DNA of 19,939 nucleotides, taken from Octopus sinensis (taxonomy: Eukaryota). The stretch is taken from positions 1 to 19,939 of the forward strand of contig NW_021824165.1 of assembly GCF_006345805.1 (NCBI RefSeq), in the 5' to 3' direction. Positions 1 to 11,575 of this stretch are shown piece after piece. Within the stretch, counting starts at the first letter, position 1, and each line of letters opens with the position of its first letter. The position numbers and the translations under genes are program-made. Below the pieces are notes generated by a model. That model worked only from the letters and a program-made list of their open reading frames with translations. It ran no database searches and was not told the DNA's origin.

Positions 1-12
1 TGTGTTTACTCC

Positions 13-61
<49 letters not shown>

Positions 62-212
62 ATGCTTGTAGATATACATTATATATACACACACGCTGCA
101 GTAAGCAAAATTTAATTACGTAACAAGAAGCATTTTCTACTGTATATATCCATTTGAAGTTTAGTGAAGTTTTAAACTGGTTTTCTTTCTATTGCATATT
201 TTAAAGGGAACT

Positions 213-432
213 ATTAATAATATTGATTTCAAATTTTGACACAAGGCCAGCAATTACGGGAGAGAGTGCAGGTCGACTACATCGACCCCAGTGCTCAGCT
301 GGTAGTTACCATCTATACGGAATTCATGAAAAGCTAATCTGACCTTGATGGAAATGGTACTCAAAACGTAAAGACAGCTGAAACGCCGGTCAGCATTTTG
401 CCCGATATCCGAACCATCCTCCCGGCTCCTTG
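213..432 (-). mobile_element. Degenerate tRNA-derived SINE, family A (same family as 7036-7255)
   Basis: Its reverse complement aligns by eye with 7036-7255: 3' part 'cacaaggccagcaatt...gtcgactacatcgaccccagtgc', degenerate B-box region 'gtactcaaaacgtaaagac', head 'gcattttgcccg', and an (ATT)-like tail near 213-222. Confidence 0.8.
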
Positions 433-445
433 CTTTCTGCAGACT

Positions 446-590
446 TATTATACTGCTTTCAAACTACGGCACAAGAGCACCAATTTCGGCGGTACTTATT
501 TTATTGACCCCCCAAAGGACGAAAGGCGGAATTTGAACTCAGACCATAAAGATGAACGAAATGCCAATAAGCATTCTTCCCGGCGTGCCA
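446..590 (-). mobile_element. Internally deleted SINE family A copy
   Basis: 'ggcacaag...ggtacttattttattgacccccaaaggacgaaaggcggaatttgaactcagacc...gcattcttcccggcgtgc' is the reverse complement of the 7036 copy. The B box survives (ggaatttgaactc = gagttcaaattcc). Two internal segments are missing. Confidence 0.8.
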
Positions 591-1018
591 GCCTTATCCA
601 GGATTATTATATTAACATGTAGTTTTAATACTGATGACAAATAGCTGTCACGTAGACGTCATGGGGTTCAATTTCAAATTATACATGTTCATATATATAT
701 ATGTATATATATGAAAAACGATGAATAGCCTTCACGTAAAACACTGGTTCGTTTTGTTCTCTTACTTTATAATCATCTTATAATCATCTCTTAATAATGA
801 CCTTTTATGACTCGTATTACCACCTCAGTCAATCTATATGTAAATATTTGTCACTACCTGTCATAAATAGCCTTTTTCTATCTGCAATATGCATTTTCGT
901 TGATTTTTCATATTTTCCCTTACATTTCCACGTATTTTTGTTATTTTCTTTCGTAACATATTTCTACTATACTATATATATATTATTATATTATATAAAA
1001 GTATATATACACACACAC

Positions 1019-1024
<6 letters not shown>

Positions 1025-1098
<74 letters not shown>

Positions 1099-1157
1099 GA
1101 TATATATATATATATATAGTATATATACATACACATATATAATTATATATCTATACA

Positions 1158-1190
<33 letters not shown>

Positions 1191-1207
1191 CTATATATAT
1201 ATATATA
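1025..1207. repeat. Interrupted (AT)n microsatellite
   Basis: Directly visible; explains ORFs 797..1072 and 991..1326. Confidence 0.97.
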
Positions 1208-2606
1208 TTATTATGTATGTATGTATGTATATTTATATATGTATGTACCAACATCTGGTTTTTCCTGTTCTTTTTGCCAGTTACTGAGTATTCGTGTAAG
1301 ATGAAATTCAACAAGTACTTCTTCAATGTTTGGCTTGCTTCCTTTATTTATCTATTTTTTTCTCGTATATTTGGCAATTGTTATTTCTTATCATTTGCAG
1401 CTACGAAAGGACATAACAGTAAGAGAGCTCATAGCATTTGAGTTGATTCATTAATTCAATTCTAAACATGAATAATTTGAGAATTACACTACAAGAAATG
1501 TGACGAAAAATATTGATTTTACAGCAGCGTTTAATATTTATTATACATGTCTTGTGCAGTGTAGGACAAGAGATAAGCTACAGCAAAGCAAAACAGTGAC
1601 TTAGAACCAACTAAGCTCTGTTTTCAAGATAGTTCGCTTGATTAAATTTCTTAATGCCACATGGGTAAGATATGAACGCCATTGAATCCATACACCATGT
1701 AAACGATTTTCATGCCCGGATAAAAGAAACGAAAATATTTTTCGCTTTCATGATTGCAAGTAGATCTATGGGTAGAATTGTATCAAAGCACGCGACGTAG
1801 AGTCCATATTCTTCATCATGTCACAGATGCAAACTACTGACGTGTATATATATATATGCCTCTCTGTGTGAGTGAATATGTAATTGCATGTGTACGTGTA
1901 AGTGTGTGTGTATGTGCGTGTGTTTGTGTGTATGTTTGCGTATGTATAGGGTACGTATATGTCCATATGCGCCTTTTTCTACTATATTTTTTATTAGCAT
2001 TTTTCCAGAAGGATGATGTTGTTTTCTAGCAAAGAAACCAAAGATCGATTATTGGAGTTTGGAGAACTACATCAATAAATGTTACATCGCGGACTTTATG
2101 GAGATCTTGCAGATTTTTACTCTTCAACATAAATATTGTTTCAGTAATTTTTCTCAGCCAATTTCTTCCTTTGCCTGAGACTCTTATCTTCTCCAGACTA
2201 TGGTCCCAGCATTTATTAACATAACACACATGCACACACACACAAACCCAAAACAGGTTTGTGTCTGTATATAGATACACACACATCATATATATATATA
2301 TATATATATATAATCAGAAAATGGAGAAAACTTTTGATCAACGAAGAAACAAATTGGACCCCATCTGTAAGTAGATAATTTTTTAATACAAAACTTGACA
2401 TAACATTTCTATGATAGCAATTCTTACGGCCGATTCCGCATTCAATGCCAATCGGTGCTTACGAAATATTTACGAAAATAATATTTGTCATCTTCATAGA
2501 ACATTCGATCCATTACATAGAGCTTCATCAGAGTCAATGCAAATGCGTGAAATAAAAAATAAACGAAAGGAAGAGGGAACAGGAAAGAACTTGGCCTCCA
2601 GAGGAG

Positions 2607-2947
2607 GCCAGAAATCTCAAAAGATTAAAATCATACCATCTTCCAGCGTAGAGCTTCGAAGATGATAGGCAAAAGAGTGACCTAGCAATGGTCAACGGAA
2701 ATATTTACGGGTTGTTTCTATATAAAGGGTGGCTACCAGGATATATGAAAGGTAGTGAAGTGAAGTTAGCACTAAAATAAGACAAGAGATTACAAACATG
2801 TCTAGAAAGAGAATAGCACTTATGTAATCGTAAATAGGGCTAGTCTTAAATATTTCCCTAGACCATCGCTATATCACTCTTTTGCCTATCTTCTTCGAAG
2901 CTCTACGCCGGAAGATGGTATTATTTTAATCTGTTGAACCTTCTGGC
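2607..2947. mobile_element. MITE-like fold-back element with ~101-bp terminal inverted repeats
   Basis: 2607-2707 versus the reverse complement of 2847-2947 aligns without gaps, about 12 mismatches in 101 by manual count; 139-bp unique spacer. No clear TSD. Confidence 0.8.
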
Positions 2948-3009
2948 ATCGAATGTCCCACGAGGATGAATATTATTTTCGTAATTCTTTCGTAAGCTTC
3001 CGCCTATAG

Positions 3010-3144
3010 CTCGACATCAGATGCTGGTGTGTCGTTGTCCCGAAATTTAGCGGTTCGACAATTGAAACTAATAGAATAAGTACAAAGCGGTGCTCCAACA
3101 TGGACGCAGTTAACTGGCTGAGACGTGTAAAAGAATAAAAGAAT
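3010..3144 (+). mobile_element. 3' fragment of SINE family B (same family as 18841-19245)
   Basis: 'gatgctggtgtg...ttagcggttcg...tagaataagtac...gcggtgctccaacatgg...gtaaaagaataaaagaata' matches 19070-19245, with an internal deletion after 'gaataagtac'. Confidence 0.85.
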
Positions 3145-3201
3145 ATAATATATATATACATTAAAGAAAGAGACAGAAAGAGACACGAGAGAGAGAGATA
3201 T

Positions 3202-3254
<53 letters not shown>

Positions 3255-3482
3255 CATATTACATACACATACATTCATCAAATCATAGATATTCAAACTC
3301 ACATATACATCAGCACACGTGTATATATACATTATATATATATATATATATATATTTATATACATATATATATATATTATATATATATATATATATAATA
3401 TACATATATATATATAATATATATAATTATATATATATATATAGTATATAATATATATATATATTATATATAATATATACAT
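3202..3482. repeat. Compound (AC)n/(AT)n microsatellite
   Basis: Directly visible. Confidence 0.95.
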
Positions 3483-4089
3483 ACCGTAGGTCTGTAGATT
3501 TGTCTAGGTCATATATTATGTTATCTAATAAAGATAAGACCTCGTTTACTTGTGAAAATTTTCGAACAAATATTTTATCCTATTCACTGAAGATAAATAA
3601 ATTATTCCTGTATAAATCTAATATTTCGGAAGCAGACGCCATAGTGCTAGGACAAATAAACTACAGGCGTTTAGACTTTCTTTTGAACATCCATTTTTCA
3701 TTTGAGAATCTGACCGCCATGTTTACGTTCTACGTTTCCTTGGAATTAAAAAATTTTGTGGAATAAAATTCCAATCACACCGCATTACTTCCCTTTCCGG
3801 TGTTGGACAAAGTATCAATGGAAATCTTCGTTTCTCCAGCTGCCGCCTTGTGAATAGCCTTCTTGTCTATATTCTGAGACTAACCGGCGCGTACATGAAT
3901 AATTTATTTATCGAGTGTGAGTAAAAGAAATTATTTGTTCCCAATTTAGGATTATTCTGCTTTTCTAACCTAATTTAATTATCTATACAGATACACGCTG
4001 CTTTTACGTGGTCTACGTGATTCTTCGAATATTCTCACCAAAAATATACAATCACACGATGGTGGAAGATAAAAGAGTGCGAAGACTAA

Positions 4090-4397
<308 letters not shown>

Positions 4398-4690
4398 AAA
4401 GTTGAATCGCTAATGTTGAGAACGCAGGTGCTTGGTTGACTTTGTTTCTTGTGAGGAGATGGTTAATTCTGCACCGGAAGAAGTAATATTAGAATAATAC
4501 ATATCCGGATAGCAATTTGAATATGTGGAATTTACTAAACAAAACGATTCCCATGGTGCATAGTATTCAAGGAAATAAAACCGTTTGAACTAATTTAGAC
4601 ATCGATGTGAATTCGAAGAAAAATTCTTTCCAAACTTTGCACCAAATGACATTTCTAAACTTGTGAAATTTTCAGACAAATACTCTTTAA

Positions 4691-4694
4691 TGTG

Positions 4695-4732
<38 letters not shown>

Positions 4733-4748
4733 TGTGTGTGTGTGTGTG
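4691..4748. repeat. (GT)n microsatellite
   Basis: Directly visible. Confidence 0.97.
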
Positions 4749-5028
4749 CCACTGAAAGTGCCGAAAATTTTGGAACAATAGTATGAAACATCTTCAAAGT
4801 CTTTGCTTTTTCACTAGAGAATTCTTCGTGTCCTGCAGCAAGGAACATCATGCTAGTCTAAAAACAGCTCTATTTCTTGTACAATTGTGTCATATCCGTA
4901 ATGATCCGCTGAATTAGGCGGAATGTAACGAGAATATATGTGTGTGGCGAGAGGAAACTACATGAATACGCAAAACATATAAAGAAAGCCTACTGCATCA
5001 TAGCAGGAAATACTCGCTTGCTGTTGCG

Positions 5029-5059
<31 letters not shown>

Positions 5060-5175
5060 CGTAGGAAATCGTGAGAGGAAATGGCGTTTAAAAATAGCCC
5101 ACATACAATATTCACTACATACAGGGTTTTCCGCCTAATCTAGAAAGAATGATACACAGACACACACATATGTAT

Positions 5176-5238
<63 letters not shown>

Positions 5239-5290
5239 TAGAGACAGAGATAGAGAGAAACAGAGAGACAGACAGACAGACAGACAGACA
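5176..5290. repeat. Compound (GATA)n/(GA)n/(GACA)n microsatellite
   Basis: Directly visible. Confidence 0.95.
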
Positions 5291-5399
5291 TTCCTATATG
5301 TCGGTAAGCCAGGAACCGTAAAAAGACTCCTGCATAGTCACGTTTCTTTTAAGACCGTTTCTTAAACCTCATTTTAACATGGTTAGTTAGGAAGGCCAT

Positions 5400-5530
5400 A
5401 TTTTCTAACGTGCTTATATCTGCTAGAAATGAGAACCAAATCCCTCTCATATTACATCCCACCCTCTTGAGAAGAATAAGGCTCTTTAGATAAGATAGTC
5501 TTCGACCTGCTATGTTAGAGACGACTAGTG
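5400..5530. mobile_element. Possible degenerate octopus interspersed repeat
   Basis: 'tgcttatatctgctagaaatgagaaccaaatccctctc...caccctcttgagaagaa' resembles from memory a common octopus repeat. There is no second copy in the window to confirm it. Confidence 0.3.
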
Positions 5531-5602
5531 AGAGATGTCCAAAATTGTTGTTGCAGCTTCCATCATCGGTTTACTCGCTCAGACCAGAGCTACTTCTAAA
5601 TT

Positions 5603-5920
<318 letters not shown>

Positions 5921-6215
5921 CCAATCCGGACTGCATGAACAAAGTTTACCCGCCACACTTCTCGCTCCATCAAGTTTTGGAATACATTCCAGGCCAGTGT
6001 CTGCAATCAAGTCATCCGTGTAAGTGTGACAACGTTTTCCACACGTTACATCACCTGGATGTTGGTTCCATAAGACCAGTTTGGAAGCTCCCAGTCCGGG
6101 GTGGCACACATAAATGACCCGATGGTCACAGCCCTCTTCGTCTCATCGTCTAGCGAACTTTCACCACGTGTACTTCATCTTTTCTCGCTGTCATTTCACA
6201 TACCAAATGGCAACA
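5921..6215 (-). mobile_element. 5'-truncated, decayed RTE-like non-LTR retrotransposon, ORF2 C-terminus
   Basis: Minus-strand frames give 'KVR*TMRRRGL*PSGHL', 'SKLVLW..PGDVTCGKRCHTYTDDLIADTGL' and 'MEREVWR'. These match the RTE-type C-terminal pattern RRRL-AGH...LW-P-G-R-RGRP-TY-D-L-DTGL...M-DR-WR. Stops and frameshifts are present, and a tandem-repeat tail follows. Confidence 0.7.
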
Positions 6216-6720
6216 ATAACGATTTACAAAATAAGACTTCTAGTAGTATTCCTTCCTGCATAAATCACCTTGACAATAGGATATCGATGGTTTGAGAGCA
6301 AACGCGTTGATCATTAAGCTGCTGTGTCGCTTCTACTGACCTTGGGTTAACATGAACATTTCAATCTTGATGCTTATAGATTGATATAGTTGTCTAGGAA
6401 ATAGATGTGACTACTTCACTGAAATCCGTTGATAACGCGCAGACGGTTATTAGTTGTTATATTACGTTATAATAGACACTAACTAAACAATGTATAGTGA
6501 CATAGGTTGACTTAATATATTGTCTCTCTGAATAGGGTTTAATGAAACGTATATTTAATGCATGTATAGTCGCTTACATTCCATTGATTTGCAATTACCT
6601 TTATAAATACATACAGAAAAAAACAGAACAGAACATACGTTTGCACACGTCAATATATATATAGAAAACTGTGATATCTTGACAAATTGTTTAATGTCTC
6701 TGCCTAATAATCTATTATCT

Positions 6721-6741
6721 CTCTATCTATCTATCTATCTA

Positions 6742-6790
<49 letters not shown>

Positions 6791-6838
6791 CTAGCTAGCT
6801 AGCTAGCTCTCTATCTATCTATATATCTATCTATCCTA

Positions 6839-6895
<57 letters not shown>
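6721..6895. repeat. Compound (TATC)n/(AT)n/(AGCT)n/(TC)n microsatellite
   Basis: Directly visible. Confidence 0.95.
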
Positions 6896-7035
6896 TATCT
6901 ACCTATACAATTTTAACAAAGACTTTCTTTTCACCCGAGGACATAGCTTATATTCTGCATTATCTCGAAGGACTTTTTTTGCACTCTGCATTAATGTAGA
7001 CATGTAAATAATGTATTTATTATTAAATGTAACAA

Positions 7036-7255
7036 AGGCGGGGAGCTGGTAGGGTTGTTAGCACACCGGGCGAAATGCGGAGCCGTATTTCGTCTGCCGT
7101 TATGTTCTGAGTTCAAATTCCGTCGAGGTCGACTTTGACTTTCCTCATTTCGGGGTTGATAACTTAAGTACCAGTTACGTACTGGAGTCGAGCTAATCGA
7201 CTATCCCCACTCCTCACAAATTCCAGTTCTTGTGCCTATAATAGAAAGGATTATT
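7036..7255 (+). mobile_element. Near full-length tRNA-derived SINE, family A (octopus)
   Basis: Head 'aaggcgggagctggtagg' with an A-box-like motif, B box 'gttcaaattcc' at 7111-7121, central 'gtcgactttgactttcctcatttcggggttgataac...aagtaccag', and an ATT tail. Two further copies lie at 213-432 and 446-590. Confidence 0.88.
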
Positions 7256-7392
7256 TAATATAACAATACAAATTATTTACATGTCTTTAAGTTAGGAAAA
7301 AATTTGTTGTGATAATAGAATTTTCTTATGCTTGAATGAAATTTTATCAAAATATTTCTTCGTCATTTATGACTTTATATGTGTAAATATTT

Positions 7393-7456
7393 ATTATTAT
7401 TGTTATTATTGGTGTTGGTATTATTATTACGATTATTATTATTATTATTATTATTT

Positions 7457-7488
<32 letters not shown>

Positions 7489-7489
7489 A

Positions 7490-7557
<68 letters not shown>

Positions 7558-7581
7558 TCATTATTATTATAATTACTACTT

Positions 7582-7624
<43 letters not shown>

Positions 7625-7634
7625 AACTACTACT
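7393..7634. repeat. Compound (ATT)n-(AGT)n-(ACT)n microsatellite
   Basis: (AGT)n at 7458-7556 and (ACT)n at 7575-7634 are reverse complements of each other. Confidence 0.95.
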
Positions 7635-8880
7635 TTTGTTTCGAATAACTAAGATTTAGTATTCAGCTTGTTGATAATAGATTTGGAGTTGCAAAATAAT
7701 CTGGAGAATATATAAGGTAAATTATTCTCAAAGACATCAAAATATGATAGCTAAATGGTATTTAACTTTATGAAACCTTGCGAGGGCAGGCTCTCTACGC
7801 AGATTCAAAGCTAAAGAATTCGGGCAGCATCATTTATATGGCCCTGTTAACCCTTTCGCTAGCGTTAATACACTTATGAATAAAGCATAATGTCATTGGA
7901 GCCGGTGTCTTTGGATTGTGGAACTACCTGTGCTATGAATATTATTTTAGTGTTCATGCCTTGTACAGAACCAGAACCATTCATTCGTTCTTCAAAATTG
8001 TATAATTCCTGTGCATGAAATGCCCCGATCCGAGTATTTATCAGATGTAATTCTTGGATAGAAAAGATAGACGATTATGACAATAATAATACGAAAATAA
8101 CATATCAGCTTTTGTCTTCCGTTTTTAATATTATCAGAATGTATTTACCCACGGACAGGACTGTTGGCAGGAAATTGTCTCTTCTTAATATCAGATTCAC
8201 AGACAGTAGCAGTCGCTTTCCGAATGACTGCTTACACTAGGATGAAAGATTTCGACATATTGATATTTTTCGATAACTAACGAAAAAAGAAATAAGTGTA
8301 ATGATGATTTATATTTCATTATTGACTTTTTATAATATTATTTTTAATCTTTTTGAAGTTACATTTTGTTAGCTGCTTCTGTTTAAATAAAGCTTTCTTT
8401 TGTAACGTTCAAAGATTTTGATAAACAATCATAAAATTTAAGATGGCGTTTCAATACTTCGTCTTTTCAATATTCCCTTTTAAGATAAACAAAGAACGCT
8501 TGCTTGAGAAAATACACTCTTTTTTCTATCACTTTGCATCGGCAATACAAAAGAGACAGAAAAAAAAATATCACGTGTATTTATAACAATACTAATTTCC
8601 ACCATTCAATACAAGGTTACATAGAAAAAGAATACGTAGTAATTCATAACACGATCAATAACAACACAATGTTACACAATACACGTTGTATTAAAAAAAT
8701 CAATATGGCAGTTTTCAGAGCGAGGAGAAGAAAAATTGCATTTTTGCAAATATTATTTAGTTCATGTGAAAGACGAAACTTTTTTATATTTTTTTTTTAA
8801 CAATGGTGGCAGTTATCTGTTGATTGCATCTATAGAAATTAGCTTTGGCGATATAAAATACATATATTACAAATGATATA

Positions 8881-8944
8881 ATGAATAATAATAATAATAA
8901 TAATAATAATAGTGATGATGATGATTACTTTACTACTACTACTA

Positions 8945-8990
<46 letters not shown>

Positions 8991-9001
8991 GCTACTAATG
9001 G

Positions 9002-9057
<56 letters not shown>

Positions 9058-9075
9058 GAAATAGAAATAGAAATA
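8881..9075. repeat. Compound (AAT)/(GAT)/(ACT)/(AAT) microsatellite
   Basis: Directly visible; explains ORF 8881..9096. Confidence 0.95.
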
Positions 9076-9416
9076 TATGAATGGTTTTTAACTTAATCCG
9101 TTCTACTTTATATTTACTATATGACGTCCATTATAAAAAACAGATGTTTCTCTCTCTCTGCCACTCTCTCTCTCTCTCTCCCTCTCTCTCTCTCTCTCGC
9201 ACCAGATAACAAGCACAACAGTATTAAAAGAAGGACATTAATTAAATAACCAAATGTACAGTAGTTTACATAATTTTTTTATGAATGTTGCAGTCATTCG
9301 ACGGCGGCCATATTGGGACGCTGCATTGAAATCTATATAAAAAATTCCGCAACAAAAATTAGTGCGGAATTATCCGTACAGTTTCAAATAATGTGAATAA
9401 AATCGAAAAAAGTAAC

Positions 9417-9641
9417 AGGATATCCAGAGGTGATGCAGTACGATCGTTTCAAGCGACTCGATTTAATTGAACAATGCAATCATTACATCAGTCTCAATTC
9501 AGAGCTATCTTCAGCTGCATAAATAAATGAATAGAATTTATTTAATTATTTATGCAGCTGAGGATAGCTCTGCATTTAAACTGATGTAATGATTGCATTG
9601 TTTGCTTGAAACGAACGTACTGCATCAGCTCTGGATATCCT
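9417..9641. mobile_element. Near-perfect fold-back (MITE-like palindrome)
   Basis: 9417-9526 versus the reverse complement of 9546-9641: about 6 mismatches in ~95 paired bases plus a 14-nt net insertion in the left arm; ~19-nt AT-rich loop. Confidence 0.85.
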
Positions 9642-9937
9642 CTTGCTTGTTTTGGTATATATATATATATATATATATGACGGGTCAATACCCAGAAACT
9701 TCAATCTGTGCGTATCACTTAGGTTGACGAGGGAAGGATGATCCCCCTTTGCAAATGCCGATAGGGCACAGAAAGTGTGTCTATAGCCAGCCGGAGAAGA
9801 TGTTCTCCTGGGGCTACAAGCTACAGTAACACCCACCTTAGTGGTTAGCCATATTGAGATGGCAAATATATATCACATTGTCGTGCAGTTACTGTCTATA
9901 CCTCGTTCAGAGATTTATTATTGCTTATATATATATA

Positions 9938-9992
<55 letters not shown>

Positions 9993-10035
9993 AAAATATG
10001 TAGGTATGTAGGTCCGTCGGTTGGTACGTACGTAG

Positions 10036-10725
10036 GTATGTCATTATTCAGTTGTATTTCAAGATACATGTCTCCTTCATTGGAATTTCAACATCAAGAA
10101 AAGGGTATTTTACATGTATGCATCTATGTATGTGTATGTGCAGATTTATGTGTTTTGTTTTATGTATGTATTCTCATGCATATAGTTGCATATCTGGAGA
10201 TGTTTATATATATTAAAATGATAAACTTCTGGAAAGTTTTACAGATTTTTATAGTTCCAACGATAGATTGGATCTGTAGTCTTCGAATCAGCTTTCTCCT
10301 TTCTGTTTCTGAGAAGCCTAATTTCTCAAGATTTATATTTAAACAGCATCACATATCCCAGGGCCCCAATAATTACAGATAAAAACCTGAACTTCTTATC
10401 TGGATAGAGTAATTGCTGATTTCTCAATAATTCAGCGTATGTATTCTCTTCTTCACTGATCTTCAGCTTTATGTTATCATCCGCTGTGCAGCTAATTTCC
10501 ACAACTCTACACAGTTTCTATTCTCAATCCCAAATCCTCATATCAGGTCTGTTGTGCATGCATTTTATTGTGGTTTTCACTGAAACATTCCAGCAGCACT
10601 GCTTTTTATTAAGAGGGGTTATGGCCTCCACCATAGAGTGGCTTCTTATTTCTTTGTCTTCAAAGTATCCCTTCGACGGATCTCGTTAATCAGTGTCCTA
10701 ACTTCAACATCATGTCTCATCGTTA
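10036..10725 (-). mobile_element. 5'-truncated R4/Dong-like non-LTR retrotransposon: restriction-like endonuclease (RLE) domain plus 3' UTR
   Basis: Minus-strand frames give 'MRHDVEVRTLINEIRRRD', 'CWNVSVKTTIKCMHNRPDMRIWD*E*KLCRVVEISCTADDNIKLKISEEENTYAELLRNQQLLYPD...VIIGALGYV' and 'LEKLGFSETERRKLIRRLQIQSIVGTIKICKTFQKFII'. RHD, HNRPD, E-S and IIGALG are hallmark RLE motifs. The ORF ends near 10214; the 3' UTR runs to a degenerate (CATA)n tail near 10036. In-frame stops are present. Confidence 0.85.
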
Positions 10726-11335
10726 TGTATGAATGCATGTATGTATATATATATATAGACATGTATGTATACATGTACACATGCATTTTTGAATGTATTT
10801 CATTTATTCGGATTGTCAACAGAGTTCTAATGATCTCGGGTTTGCACAAACTACTTATAACGACTTTAAAACATGTTGATTCTAAATAGAATTATGATAA
10901 ATAATACATCACATTCATTACAAATACATACTGATAATTATAGTATGATCGCATACACATGTCTATATGTATATATGTATAAATTCATATATATATTCTT
11001 ATGTGTATGTGTGTGTGTATGCGTGTGTAGCTGTCCCAGACTACTTGTGTTTTATTTAGAATTACGTTGTATTATATTTTTAATGATATTATGTCTTTCT
11101 TACACTTGCCAAAAGTCATTATAATATATATATGTAATCGTAATAACTCGTATAACACCTCGGCATACCATCTTGCATATTTGAAAGTAAATGAAACACA
11201 TGCGCACGTACACACAGAGAGACTTATACCATATATTTAGGTTGCGAGATACGTCTCACGGACGCTCCCGCTTCTCTCTCCTTCCTTCATACACTATCAC
11301 ACACTTTACATATACATCCTTGTATATATGAGTGT

Positions 11336-11364
11336 GTATATATATTATATATATATATATATAT

Positions 11365-11406
<42 letters not shown>

Positions 11407-11429
11407 TATATAATATATATATATATTAT

Positions 11430-11460
<31 letters not shown>

Positions 11461-11509
11461 GTATAAGTATAGAAATATCTATAAGTACATATATAACTAC
11501 CTCCAAAAT

Positions 11510-11562
<53 letters not shown>

Positions 11563-11575
11563 GTATATATATATG
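11336..11575. repeat. Interrupted (AT)n microsatellite containing a 52-bp unique core (11461-11512)
   Basis: Directly visible; the core recurs inverted at 14314-14365. Confidence 0.95.

Noticed and set aside
2026-2220. Multiple open frames (minus ORF; plus 'KKPKIDYWSLENYINKCY...')
   Set aside because: No way to choose a strand or frame, and no recognisable family.
3500-3766. 88-aa ORF in non-repetitive sequence
   Set aside because: No recognisable motif and a TTG start. A rough estimate from stop-codon frequency at ~68% AT predicts about one ORF this long and over a dozen of 60+ codons by chance in six frames.
7885-8004. Plus-strand 'VIGAGVFGL' resembling a GxGxxG Rossmann motif
   Set aside because: The frame is short, lacks a good acceptor and downstream residues do not fit an FAD-binding fold; probably chance.
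9343-9371. 9-bp stem aattccgca/tgcggaatt
   Set aside because: Too short to distinguish from chance on its own, though it may belong to the adjacent 9417 element.
10064-10104. Apparent plus-strand mini-exon (aag|...|gtattt)
   Set aside because: It lies antisense within the 3' UTR of the R4-like LINE.
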